A stretch of 64,000 nt of DNA. Source: Eledone cirrhosa (taxonomy: Eukaryota). Shown piece by piece: positions 1 to 12,249 of this stretch. Made by a program: the position numbers and the translations under genes. The DNA lies in the NCBI GenBank assembly GCA_964016885.1, contig OZ024743.1, forward strand, positions 9,858,001 to 9,922,000, read 5' to 3'. Positions within the stretch are counted from its first letter, which is position 1, and every line of letters starts with the position of its first letter. Below the pieces are notes generated by a model. That model searched no databases. It was given only the letters and a program-made list of their open reading frames with translations, and was not told where the DNA came from.

Positions 1-2472
1 ATATACATATACACACATATACATACACATACATTCGCCCGCATACACACGCACGTATAAATAAGTATGTAAAAAACATAGATATAAAAAAACATAGATA
101 TAAAAACACACATACACACACATATATATACGTACGCACGCACACATACGGAGGCGTTCGTATACATATACAGAACGTATACGCACATATGCACACTCAC
201 GCATAGATACAGATTATAAACCAGCCGTATGAATAAATGAGTACAAATATATAATCGGCTGCGAAACAACAGAATATATCTGGTGTGGAAAACGCAAGTG
301 ATAAGTGATATCAGGGAGTGAAAGAAAATGGGGAAGTAAAATGTGGAAAGTGAAAATATTAGGTAAGTGAATCGAAAAGTGTGTGTGTGGGGGGGGGGGG
401 GTTTACTGGTGGATGTGAAGTAAAAATAAAAATAAAATTAAAAATAAAGTTAAAAATGAAATTAAATCAGAAAGAGAAGTCTGTAAAGAGGATAATTTTT
501 TAAGGAAAGTGAAGAATAAGAATTGATGGAGGATAAGTATCTGAAAGTGAGTTAAGTTTATATGAGCTGGAAAGCAAGTGTGATTTCATGTGTGGGCAAC
601 TGGTGAAAATTTCTGTTTTTGTATTTAGGCAGGTTTTTGGTGATTTAAGGTTCTGTAAAATCCAATATTTTTCACTTATGCAGAGTGTGCATCTTCTTGT
701 TCCTCTTGCATATTCTTTAGATTGGTTCAAAATTGACCAATCCAATTTATATTGGATACCTTGGTCTTTCAAATCCCATATTCTGCTAGCCAGAGCTGTT
801 GTGAATTTCTTTTCCGGGTGCCGGAAAGATGCGACATGTGAGTAATAACGCGTTTTGAATTTGTCTTGTGTCATACCCACATATCGTTCGCTGGGAGCTG
901 GTTGGTTCTTGCTGCTGGTTGTCACTTTAGCCACATTTACAATGGCTTTGGTGTTGCATTTACCTTGTAATGGGCATTCACTTTTGACTCTACAGGAGCA
1001 ATTTTGATGTTCTCTGGGTGATTTCTTATTGATGATATAAGATTTAATAGGGGGACCGCAGGAGTAGCTAATTTTGACACAGTTTCTATTGAAGATCATA
1101 TAGTATCTATGTGTTCTAGGGAAATGTTTATCTAAGAGCTCTAGGAATTTTTTTGCCTACATTAGTTTTATCTGCTAGAAAGTAGGGGGGGTGAACCAGA
1201 TTATTTTTCTTTTCCTATTATTATGTTTAAAAGAGTTAGTATTGTTGGGTATGTACTTAATCGGTTAGCTAAATCCGCTATTTTGAAGGGCTTTATTATA
1301 GTAGGGGGATGCCTTATTGAAAATAGCTTATGAGGAAGAGAGGGTGTAGATCCTACGGCTAATATTAGGGATAAGGTTTTTAGAAACTATAGGAGGATGG
1401 CAAGAGCCTTTATTTATATATTTTAAATTTTCATTAGGTTTATGGTACGGTTTATAAGAAGCAGTAGGCAGATCTAGGTTTATATCTAGAAAATTAACAT
1501 TGGAAAGGTTAGTGTCAATAGTAAGTTTAAGATTAAAACTAGCGAAGTTTTTTTATTAAGTCTTTCCTTAATCTATCTAAGTTATGGCCTATGGTGGTAT
1601 TGGAATATAAAGCCCAAAAATATGGTTAGGGAATTTTTCTTTAAGTGTGTGTAGGAGGAATAGGCCGACTAAATCACAAACATCAGCACTGTCAAAAGAA
1701 CCCCTTGAGACATCGAATGGGTTCTCTGGGTTAGATATTTTTACCCAAGTGTCATTATCAGTAAAGAGTAGAGTGTTTCTAGCATGCAAGATGACATTCT
1801 CTTCAATATCAGAAATATTGGTAAACTTTCTAGCGAAATGTAAGGCTTTCGCTAAAAAAGTCTGAGTGATAGACGGGTAGAAATCTACAATGTCAAATTG
1901 GGTGAATCTAGAACTATTTTTATCTTTAATATTATTAAACCAATGTACTACGGAAGAGCTATTTATCCATTGGAGTAATGCAGACTTACTTCTAATCTGT
2001 GTTTATATTATTTAAAAAATTTTTGCTGGCAACACCGATATCAGTCTTAGCAGGGTTGATTAATCTACAACTAGGACGATTAACAAACTCAGGTTTGTGA
2101 TCTTTAAGGGTGATATAGGCATTACGTTTAGCAAGTTTTTCTGTCCTATTATCTATTTTTAAAGAAATAGCTAATTCTTTAGCTTCCTTATTTATATTAT
2201 TATACGTGTTTATATTAGCGATTTGGTATTTAGAGGTGATGTTATCTATTAAGAGTTGGTCATGTAAATTATTATTAACTTCGTATAAGTTTTTAGTTTT
2301 GTCGGAGAAAATGAACTTATTTTTAGAAGATTTGAATATTGAAATATCATTAGATAGTTTAGATTGAAAAGGGTTAGAGTACTTACGAAAATTGATATTG
2401 TTGATTAGATTAAATAAGTCTAGTTCGAAAGCGGTCATATCTTTTATTCTTTGTGGGTATTTATGAGTTTTG
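1..2472 (-). mobile_element. Penelope-like retroelement, 5'-truncated and frameshifted (RT about 1130-2440, Cys-rich linker + GIY-YIG 500-1099, 3' UTR runs off the window start)
   Basis: Minus-strand translation gives LKDHKPEFVNRPSCRLINPAKTDIG, FTQFDIVDFYPSI (RT motif A), FDVSRGSFDSADVCDLVGL (motif B), then CSCRVKSECPLQGKC, YVGMT...FKTRYYSH and CTLCISEK...LN. Confidence 0.92.
500..1099 (-). pseudogene. PLE GIY-YIG endonuclease domain with Cys4 linker
   Basis: 199-aa ORF with YVG motif, conserved R, H, E and N of the GIY-YIG fold, and a CxC...CPLxGxC linker typical of PLEs. Confidence 0.88.
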
Positions 2473-4412
2473 ACATTTCCCTAGAACACATAGATACTAT
2501 AAGATCTTCAATAGAAACTGTGTCAAAATTAGCTACTCCTGCGGTCCCCCTACTAAATCTTATATCATCAATAAGAAATCACCCAGAGAACATCAAAATT
2601 GCTCCTGTAGAGTCAAAAGTGAATGCCCATTACAAGGTAAATGCAACACCAAAGCCATTGTAAATGTGGCTAAAGTGACAACCACCAGCAAGAACCAACC
2701 AGCCCCCAGCGAACGATATGTGGGTATGACACAAGACAAATTCAAAACGCGTTATTACTCACATGTCGCATCTTTCCGACATCCAGAAAAAAGATTCACA
2801 ACAGCTCTGGCTAGCAGAATATGGGATTTGAAAGACCAAGGTATCCAATATAAATTGGATTGGTCAATTTTGAACCAATCTAAAGAATATGCAAGAGGAA
2901 CAAGAAGATGCACATTCTGCATAAGTGAAAAATATTGGATTTTACAGAACCTTAAATCACCAAAAACCTGCCTAAATACAAAAACGGAAATTTTCACTAG
3001 TTGCCCACACATGAAATCACACTTGCTTTCCAGCTCATATAAACTTAACTCACTTTCAGATACTTATCCTCCATAAACTCTTATTCTTCACTTTCCTTAA
3101 ATTATCCTCTTTACAGATTTCTCTTTCTGATTTACTTTCATTTTTAACTTTATTTTTAATTTTATTTTTATTTTTACTTCACATCCACCAGTAAACCCCC
3201 CCCCCCCACACACACACACTTTTCGATTCACTTACCTAATATTTTCACATTCCACATTTTACTTCCCCATTTTCTTTCACTCCCTGATATCACTTATCAC
3301 TTGCGTTTTCCACACCAGATATATTCTGTTGTTTCGCAGCCGATTTTATATTTGTACTCATTCATACGGCTGGTTTAAAATCTGTATCTATGCGTGTGAG
3401 CGTGCATATGTGTATATATGTTCTGTATATGTATACGAACGCCTCCGTATGTGTGCGTGCGTACGTATATATATGTGTGTGTATGTGTGTTTTTATATCT
3501 ATGTTTTTTTATATCTATGTTTTTTACATACTTATTTATACGTGCGTGTGTATGCGGGCGAATGTATGTGTATGTGTATGTATATATATGTATATGTATA
3601 CGTATGTATGGGTGTGTATGTATATATGTATATATATATATATAGTCGCGTACGTGCGTGTGATTAGATATACATGTGGCGATATATATATATGTACGTG
3701 CCTCGTAAGCATGCATGCGCTTTTGCCTGTACGTATTTGTGTGTATAAATATTGTTATATATATATGTGTGTGTACGTGCGTACCTATGTTTGATTTCTA
3801 GTGTTAATTGATTACTTTCTCTTTGATTTAAAAAATGTTTTCATTCTCATATATTATTTCATTTTTATACATATATCGAGAATGACACTTCTTTTTACTA
3901 TTACACTCCCTTCCCTCTTTATCTTCCGCATATAAGTGACCGCGCGTGTGTGTGTGTATATACGCGTGCTTTCATACGTGTATGTGTATTTAATACCTGT
4001 ATCTGGATGCGTGTTAACTATATTATCTTACAATTTCTCTTTCAACTCATATTATATACGTATTTGTTGTCACATATACACAAATATACTTGCCCTCATA
4101 TATGTACTTACGCACACATTTTCACCATACACATGCATTCCTACATACACACATATGTACATTTGTGAGTGTATATACATACATATACACATACCCTAAC
4201 TATATTTCCTTATTTTTTTATATTTCTCTTGCATTACTTTTATTTATATATCTTTTGCCCGTTAAACTCTTGCCTTTCTTGAGGAAACTTTTCAAATATT
4301 TCACTATGTTTTAAATTGCCTTGTCCGACGAACGAATGAGGACGTTTTTCGTATTCCTCTTATTCGGGAAACCTCTGGTAATGAGGTAATTATATTGTAT
4401 TGTTTAGTATAC
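2473..4412 (+). mobile_element. Inverted copy of the PLE 3' portion (GIY-YIG + pseudo-LTR ending in a hammerhead), fused to the truncated 5' end of the minus-strand copy
   Basis: 2473 to about 3590 is the reverse complement of 1-1127 with scattered substitutions. ORF 2666-3076 is nearly identical to 500-1099. The copy ends at a (TA)n tract. Confidence 0.92.
4314..4391 (+). ncRNA. Type I hammerhead ribozyme in PLE pLTR (U4 to C variant)
   Basis: Stem I aattgccttgt/atgaggtaatt; core CCGACGA; stem II cgaat-gagga/tcctc-attcg; GAAA; stem III acc-tct-ggt; cleavage triplet GUA. Confidence 0.8.
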
Positions 4413-4414
4413 AT

Positions 4415-4416
<2 letters not shown>

Positions 4417-4498
<82 letters not shown>
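4417..4498. repeat. (TA)n microsatellite
   Basis: Direct reading. Confidence 0.97.
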
Positions 4499-4499
<1 letters not shown>

Positions 4500-5670
4500 C
4501 GATGAGGGGGGGGGGTGAAAGAGGGGAAGACGAAAGATAGATAAGTGGACGGAGATATACATATCAATATAGAAATGAAAAGCACAATTAACAGCAGTTC
4601 AGCACTAGCAGTAAGAAGTAAAGTTTGATATTTGCATATTCATTATTTAAGAGTCTAGATTATACGGGATAGGGCATGTACCGCAATTCCATGACCCCCA
4701 AAATGCAAAATAATCAATATCCTTAACGATAAAGGGAAAGGAAATGAGCCAATCGTTAGAAGGGGAGATGGGAAACCGTTACCATTGGTCTTTCCATTGC
4801 TGATACCATCTGCTGGTTGTGACACTTGAACGAAGGAAGCAGTATTTGCATTTAGAATTCACTCATATCAATACTGCTAATGGACTGGATAATATTTATT
4901 AAAAAGTCGAAGTTAACTAAGTCTGATATTGAACCTAGATCGTAGGAGCAAATACCGAGGAATTTTATCCGACACTGCCAATTCAACAACTACAACTATT
5001 TTTATAGATCAAATGTATAACATGTAAAATCTTTTACTACTAATCTAATATTGTTTTACAATGTGACTGCACAGAGCAATGATGTGCTTAGATAAATGAT
5101 GTTATTCCGTGATGTTGAAATAACTATAAGAAAATATAATCGCAGTAAATGTCTTCTATAATTATTTTACTATCCTTTATAATCGACACAAATGTACTGT
5201 TCTCTCTTTTCTCATAACACCACCCGATGAACTATGTAGATATATGGGATGATAAATATGTTCAGGTTGGATAACTAAGTGAATAATTGAATTAATGTAC
5301 CTAATTCGCAAAGAGAAGTTTTAATACACACTGAGAAGACTGGGTGAAGTCATTAATTACGATGTTATAAAATATTGTTTATGATAAAGATTTTTATCTT
5401 ATGACATTCTTGCAAATCCCTCCACATAAATGTTAACTTTGCAACTTTTATTACATGTGTTCATTGAGAAATAATTGGTTCAAATATGATAACGTACTTA
5501 GCAGGAAGGACCTTGTGGTATTTGTTCCACTTCTTTGAGCGCTGAGTTCAAATTTCGGTGGGATCGCTAAAATAAATGAGATGTGGTGTTGTTCAAGTTC
5601 TCTGCGTTCTGAGTTCAAGACATATTGTAGTTTTATTGGTCGTAAATTCCTCCAATTATTTTAAAATCAC

Positions 5671-5842
5671 CTCTATTCCTTCTAGCGGATCCACCTTCAG
5701 CTAGAATTTGGGGCCAGATATTTAGTTTGAAGATACCATTTTCAGAGAGCCAAAAATTGGTGATGAGCACTGCTATACCCTGCATGACGAAACAGCAGAG
5801 AATAAAATATATATTTAATTTAGAGCTGATGTTTTTAAACAT
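5671..5842 (-). CDS. Possible first coding exon: signal-peptide-like start plus FGF-like beta1-beta3 motif (tentative)
   Basis: MFKNISSKLNIYFILCCFVMQGIAVL then ENGIFKLNIWP...G, compared with FGF2 KNGGFFLRIHP...G. A phase-1 AG/GTGATT donor lies at 5671/5670. No downstream exon was found. Confidence 0.2.
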
Positions 5843-6749
5843 GAGCAGTTTCTTTTGGTTGTAGTATAGTCAAGTAGGTTTCTATCATATATTTTTATGG
5901 TGAAATAAATAATGTGATAACATTGTCTTTTGACAATTAGCAAGAAATAGTGAATAGTCTTTTGAGTTTTCTAAAAATAACCGTAATAGAAAAGTCGAAA
6001 ATTCTACATAATTTTCCACTGTTTAAAAGATATATCTACAAGAACAGACATTTTTCAGTTAACTTGTAATTCGCAGATAGATTAGTGTGAAAATAAGATT
6101 GATAACAGTTGTGTTTCGTTCTTGGATTAGTAAAGTTTCCTGCAGGAAATAATTAATTTAAATACAGTCATTCGGTGAAAAAGGATTAGTGAATTTTGAA
6201 GTAGCTGATGTGATTAGAATGCTGAATAACAACTAAATTCAATCATAATGAGAAAACTGATTAAATATGATATTGTTAGCTTCACTCTTTTTTTCCTTTC
6301 TGTCTATTGATAAGAAAACGAAATATTCAAAACAAATATCCTGCATTTGATCTTAATATCAACAGAAACAAATTAGCATAAATTACACGAATATAAAAAA
6401 AAATGGCAATGTGTATTTGCTGGCGAAATATACAAGCTTCTATTGAACACAGAGCTGGAATATGAAAAATACTTCGTAATTACTTCTCTAATGTGTCAAG
6501 TAAAAAATGGAGCGGGATTCTGAAGGTATTGAAACAAAGTAAAAACTATTAAAAATGTAGAGCTTTGAGAGAATCCAACTAGCATCTCTTTCTTAAAACT
6601 TTAAAGAGTTTAACGTCAACTGCGTAATGGTGTATAGGATGTGTCTGTGCGCATCTTAGCGTGATATTCAAAATGTTTTTAGAGAGCAAATAGGCCTGTT
6701 GTAAAGCTATATAGTTACTCTATAAAGGTGATGCACATTGTATGTATAT

Positions 6750-9052
6750 TATGTCAGGTAGAATGGTCGGGTCATCGACCATTTAGCAGCAAAGCAACCA
6801 AGCTTGCTTCGTGAGGAGGGAGATGTTAGTAACCCTGAGGTGTGAATTACAACATCTCTCTAAGGGCATAGGAATTCTTGCGAGTCAACGCCCATCCAAT
6901 ACCTGGGGTGTGTTGATCACTGGGTTCATGACAACATTTTGTAACTTTGTTATCAATATTTCCGAAAAGTGTGGCTGGTTCAAAACAAGCCTTCATCACT
7001 ATAAACAATCCAGTTCTATTTGATATCCCAGCATTAACACAATGGCGGGGACAAGTAAAGGATGTTACAAGGAGTCCTTAGCTGGAGCTCTACAGTAGCG
7101 ACCATCAGCCGTTCATAAACAAATTATGAGTAATTAGTGTTATTGTTCTCTGATTATGACAAATCATTAATAGCTTTCCGAAGCAACCTGCAAACCATAA
7201 AACAATATGGATGCATCCTAGAGCCGATGATTGACACGTAAATGATTATAACATCACACACATCTGAGTCTTCTCAGTGTGTATTAACTTTTCTTACTAT
7301 ATCACGGATCATACACTGCTGCACAATATGATTTCATTCAATCTGCCCAACAAAAAGAGATTTCAAAGGCCATTTATTTCACCCAAGGTTGATGCTGGTA
7401 CTTTAAGATACACTGATAGTAGGCTGGAACGCTCTGCAAACCTTGTCTCATCCCTTAACTGTCCAGATCTCTGATGACATTGAAATTTCCTGGAAAGTGC
7501 ACAAGGTTGCCATCTATGCAGCCTCCGAAGCAATCTTATGAATTCCTTTAGGAAAACCCAAGAATGGGTTGATGAAAGCTATTCAAATGTCCAGAATCTT
7601 ATCACGATGATACCTAGCCTACACAGGCTTGGAGGTAAAAACTAAAAGGAAAGCCTATAATGACTGTAGCATAAAGTCCTCACTTAGAAAGCTGAAGGAA
7701 GCTTATTGGACAACTAAAGCCGCTGATCAACAAGACACTGCCGATAAAAAGGAGCCAAGGGCCTTTTAAAATGATTTAAAGATGACTGTATGTTCAGGTA
7801 AAATATGGCTTTATCATCTGATGGTACATCCCGCAATACAGACAAAACGGAGATACTCTCTCGATGGAAGGAACACTTTGAAAAGGTCCTAAAGAATAAG
7901 TCAAACATTGATGAAGATGTGATACCATCTATTGCACAAAGGCCGCAGATACCCGAATTAGCATTCAACCCACGCTTGAATGAAACAAGCCACTATCAAG
8001 CAAATGCCATCCAGTAAAGCTCATAGTAAAGATGGCATCCCACCTGATAGTTTCAAATTTGGTGGTCAAAGACTGGTTCGTAAGCTTCGGCTATTTCTTG
8101 AAATCAGAATAGTCGAACATGTCCCTCAAGACTTCATAGATATATCTATAGTCCATCTATTCAAGAACAAAGTTACAAAATCTATCTTTGACAATTATCG
8201 TGGCATCTCCCTTCTCTGTATTAATGAAAAGGTTCTTGCCCGTGTCATTCTCAACAGAATTGCATCCAAACATGTTGATGATATCTACCCTGAAAATCAA
8301 TGTAGTTTAACAATCAGCATTAAGAAGACTGAAGTGGTACATCACCCAAGGCCAACCACCCTCAGATAAGTAGATGTTGGTCAAGGAAAACCGTGGAACG
8401 AGCATCCCCATGTTCCCATCACCGTTGATAACAGATCTGAAGTATGTGAACTATTTTACTTACCTTGGCAGCAAGGTGAACGGCTCTGCATCTTTGGCTG
8501 ATAGGGTCGTCAAGTAATTAACGCCTTTGGCAAACGACATCATCGTCTATGGGGTGTCAGAGACATATATCTGAAAACGAAAGTTGCAGTTTATCGTTCA
8601 GTGGTACTAACGGTACTCTTTTATGGCTCAAAGTCTTGGACACTATCGCACCCACGTTTATAAGCATGACGACTTCCACAAATCTTTTTATTTTTGCTTT
8701 ATCTATGGTTATGCACTTTCTGACAGAATCTCAGATGCTTATCTCTTCACGAGGTGAAACATCGGTGGGATTTAATCATTTCTGATGCAATCTCATCTTA
8801 GATAGACTGGTCATCTCCCATGAGTCAGTGAGAGTCGCACACCTAAGGTAGTGATATCGAATTAAAACCATAATGGTGCACATAATGTAGGCAAACCATC
8901 ACACAGATATAAAGACAAAATGAAGTACAATACTTACTTTTGAAGCCCTATCTGCTGACCGTGGTAAATGGGGAGCTGTCTGCCATAAGGGCATAACCCC
9001 AAAACATTATCTGAGAAGACTGTTGAACCCTCCTGTGACGGGTGAGTCCATC
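6750..9052 (+). mobile_element. Decayed RTE-clade LINE (5' UTR plus fragmented ORF2)
   Basis: EILSRWKEHFEKVL, DGIPPDSFKFGG, DNYRGISLLCINEKVLARVILNRI, LTISIKKTEV, FTYLGS. The 5' part (tatgtcaggt...atggtcgggtc...gtgaggaggg) matches 48586-48710. Confidence 0.85.
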
Positions 9053-9053
9053 A

Positions 9054-9114
9054 TATATATATATATATATATATATACATAATATAGTAAGACCTCCTTT
9101 GTACAGATCCTCTC

Positions 9115-9183
<69 letters not shown>

Positions 9184-9228
9184 ATGTGTGTGTGTATGTG
9201 TGTGTGTATATATGTGTGCATGTGTGTA
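9054..9228. repeat. (TA)n/(TG)n microsatellites
   Basis: Direct reading. Confidence 0.95.
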
Positions 9229-9502
9229 TTCATTTTGATTAAGATGAAATATATCAAGTTATCATATGAAGATAATATACATTTTAATACTCGATCTTAG
9301 GACAACCAACAATAAATGTAATCATCGAACATATAGATCTTAACATAAAGTACACATAGATTAATTCAAAATAATCTGATTAAATTGGGATGATGTTCAT
9401 CGCTCTTTGCATGATCTAGTAGAATTGAAATCAAAAGAAAAAGCCGACACAACTTAACCAAACTAAACATTTCATGCGTGTTTATAATGCTTGTTTCAGT
9501 CC

Positions 9503-9953
9503 TTAACTTCTTAAACTCTGAAGGATCCGGCCGCATCCAGGTAATGATTCTTTTGAGTGCTTTTTCTGTTGCTGTTCAACAAACCACTTGTTTGTTGGAG
9601 ATTTATTGCATTTAGAGTACTTAAGACACGAATATTCCTTGTTCATCTTCGACCATAAACAGCTGGATTTTTTCGGCTTTTTTAACATTCGTTGATGATT
9701 TTAGTCTTTTCCTCCCAGAAATTGAGAGCTGTTTCTTAACATAATTTGCTGACTTGATTACAAATATGTTTGTTCCATCCTCTATTTCAAGGATATCTGT
9801 GTGAAAGCCGACTCCTTTCGAACTGTTGGTACGATTGGCATATTTTTCCATCTTTAAAATTTCATACGTGCTCTTAAATAGATAATAATGTAGGGGTGCA
9901 CACTGTCGACTACGCGAATTATTGTAGTCCTGGCGCTGGTACTCTATGAAATG
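9503..9953 (-). pseudogene. FGF-like (beta-trefoil) coding segment with one apparent frameshift (tentative)
   Basis: Open frame 9953-9621 reads YLFKSTYEILKMEK...DILEI...FVIKSAN...RLKSS, compared with FGF10 KLFSFTKYFLKIEK...SILEI...VAVKAIN...KLYGS. The adjacent frame continues SSCLW...Y...KWFV. By-eye alignment only. Confidence 0.35.
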
Positions 9954-10614
9954 TCATATGATTTATGTGAAATAAGATTTTATTGATATTGACTCTATAA
10001 ATAAAAAACAACAAGTCAAGGAATAATTATATTATCATTTTCGACATGATCAATGCAAACTTGCAAACAGTAAGATACAAAACTAAATATTATAAATCAT
10101 AATGTAATCGGATACTTCTGTAATATCTTTTATCTAAATATCACATTAATGTAAAAGGATAAGTACGTAATCCACGTGTTTCTATATTCTGAAATTCGCA
10201 GTAACGTTTGAAATATTAGTTCACAAACCTACTTCATAATGGATTTTAAGCCATAGGCGAATTTGATAATTACAGAAAAGCGGTTTAGAACTTAACGTTT
10301 TCTATTGTTTTGATTATTATAATACTACAAGCCAATGTCGTGCGATGTATTCATACTGGATTATGTTAGAGATTGAACCATCTCAATAATAACTGTCAGA
10401 TGATAGCATACCTGAAACAAATTATATGGGATATTTGTTATCCAATCGGATATTTCACCAGCTAGTCATAGTATGAAGATCTTAGAACATATGTATCATC
10501 GGAAATCTTAGAATCTTGGAATCTAAAATAAATTAAATTTAATAAGAAAATATTTTGCCAAATTGGGGCACAAAAATATCTTCAGTACGGTGAGATACAT
10601 CAATATATTTACAC

Positions 10615-10832
10615 ATATAACACCCAGGGCTAGACACCGAATAACCTGGTTGGATAACATCCATGAGCTCATCAGGACTCGATGGGGGTTCCAGTGGCAT
10701 CAATATGGTTGTTTGCGACGGGACACGCTGGGTAGTGGTTAGAGGCAGATGTTGATATATTCTTACCCACTAAACGACAGACGTAGCTATGCATAGTGTT
10801 ACAGGCATTTCATCCTTAATGCCTATACATAC
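10615..10832 (+). mobile_element. 3' fragment of an RTE-like LINE
   Basis: PRARHRITWLDNI (resembles RGRPxxTWxDNI), terminal hairpin aggcatt...aatgcct, short CATA tail. Confidence 0.5.
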
Positions 10833-10888
10833 GTTTAAATAAATAAATATATATATATACACACACACACACGCACGCACACACACAT

Positions 10889-10948
<60 letters not shown>

Positions 10949-10950
<2 letters not shown>

Positions 10951-11037
10951 CGAAAGAAATGTGGTAAGGAACCAGGTGGACCATAACGCACCAAAGTACT
11001 CAATACTTATGGTAGTAGAGTGGGTAATACTCGTTCC
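10949..11037. repeat. Interspersed repeat fragment within (TA)n, second copy at 59714-59790
   Basis: gtggtaaggaaccaggtggaccataacgcacc...gtactcaatactta.ggtagtagagtggg occurs at both sites. Confidence 0.85.
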
Positions 11038-11182
11038 TATATATATATATATATATGTAATCTGGGTTTTTCGAATGTCAATAATAATATTCGATTCGTT
11101 TGCAATTATGCAAACAGCCTCTTTTAATCCATGTCAGTAAAATGAGCCCCTCGCTATTGCTCTTGTGTTGGCATGTAAACAG

Positions 11183-11231
11183 AACTGCAGACTCTAATGT
11201 TTCTGGGTGATTATCCTTCATCAATGCACTT
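11183..11231 (-). ncRNA. Minimal type I hammerhead (C3 to U variant)
   Basis: Minus strand: tgca TTGATGA aggataatcaccca GAAA cattagag TC tgca. Confidence 0.65.
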
Positions 11232-11408
11232 TACTGTTCACCTGCCAACTGTCAGAGCTAGTGAAAATCAGGTTGCTCAATGGATCTGCTAATATGCAGA
11301 TCTGATTGATCAGCCAGTCTGCTAATATGCAGATCAGGCTGATCAGTCACTGTATATTTTAGAAAATATATATTTTCACTAGCCCTGACAGTTGGCAGGA
11401 GAATAATA

Positions 11409-11457
11409 AACTGCACTGATGAAGAGCAATCACCCAGAAACATTAGTGTCTGCAATT
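11409..11457 (+). ncRNA. Minimal type I hammerhead
   Basis: tgca CTGATGA agagcaatcaccca GAAA cattagtg TC tgca; near-palindromic stem III; stem II weak. Confidence 0.75.
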
Positions 11458-11616
11458 CTGCTTACATGCCAACACAAGAGAAAGAATGAGGAACCCATTC
11501 TACTGATATGGCTTAAAAGAAGCTGTTTGCGTAATTGAAAACGAATCGGATATTATTATCGATATTCGAAAAATCCAGATTACATTTATTGTAGAGCGAT
11601 AACTATTTTTTTTTTA

Positions 11617-11654
<38 letters not shown>

Positions 11655-11792
11655 TGTGAATGTGTGTGTGTATGTGTATTTATTTACATACAGATTCACA
11701 CATGTATATAGATGCCTAAACGGAGTTTTCATTCGTGGGAGGCTAACGCCCGCTGAGGAAGCAGTTTCGAGCCAAATTACGTAATTATCTAA

Positions 11793-11866
11793 TTTCTGTG
11801 AACGGAAGTTCCAGTCGGACTATTGTTAACAGACCGGAATTAGAGAAACTATGCATGGTCCAGGAT
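11793..11866 (+). ncRNA. Degenerate hammerhead-like motif
   Basis: Stem I ttctg/cagga; stem II ttccagtc/gaccggaa; GAAA ctatgcatgg TC with palindromic stem III. The CUGANGA box is corrupted (tgaacgga). Confidence 0.45.
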
Positions 11867-12031
11867 TTCGGATATATTAATATCATACTCACGTGAAGTC
11901 GTGTTTCTTACTGGTTAACGGATATGTACTTTCTGGTTAATGGGTTTGTAGTTTTTAATATAATCTTTATTATATGATCAGGTGAGGGAGAAAATAATTG
12001 AGGCTGTGTCAATTCACTATGACAGGCTTCG

Positions 12032-12205
<174 letters not shown>

Positions 12206-12249
12206 GTAAAAAATTGTGCCCCAGGCGAGGATATATATATATATGTAAA

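Larger units (their letters stand above)
11056..11584. mobile_element. Inverted pair of about 210-bp pLTR-like units, each carrying a hammerhead motif
   Basis: 11056-11268 is the diverged reverse complement of 11372-11584. Flanked by (TA)n on both sides. Confidence 0.85.

Noticed and set aside
3329-4314. Many 60-170 aa ORFs rich in YI/CV/HT (also at about 9, 12, 20.5, 36, 46, 50-53 and 60.7 kb)
   Set aside because: They are translations of (TA)n, (CA)n and (TATG)n microsatellites, which lack stop codons.
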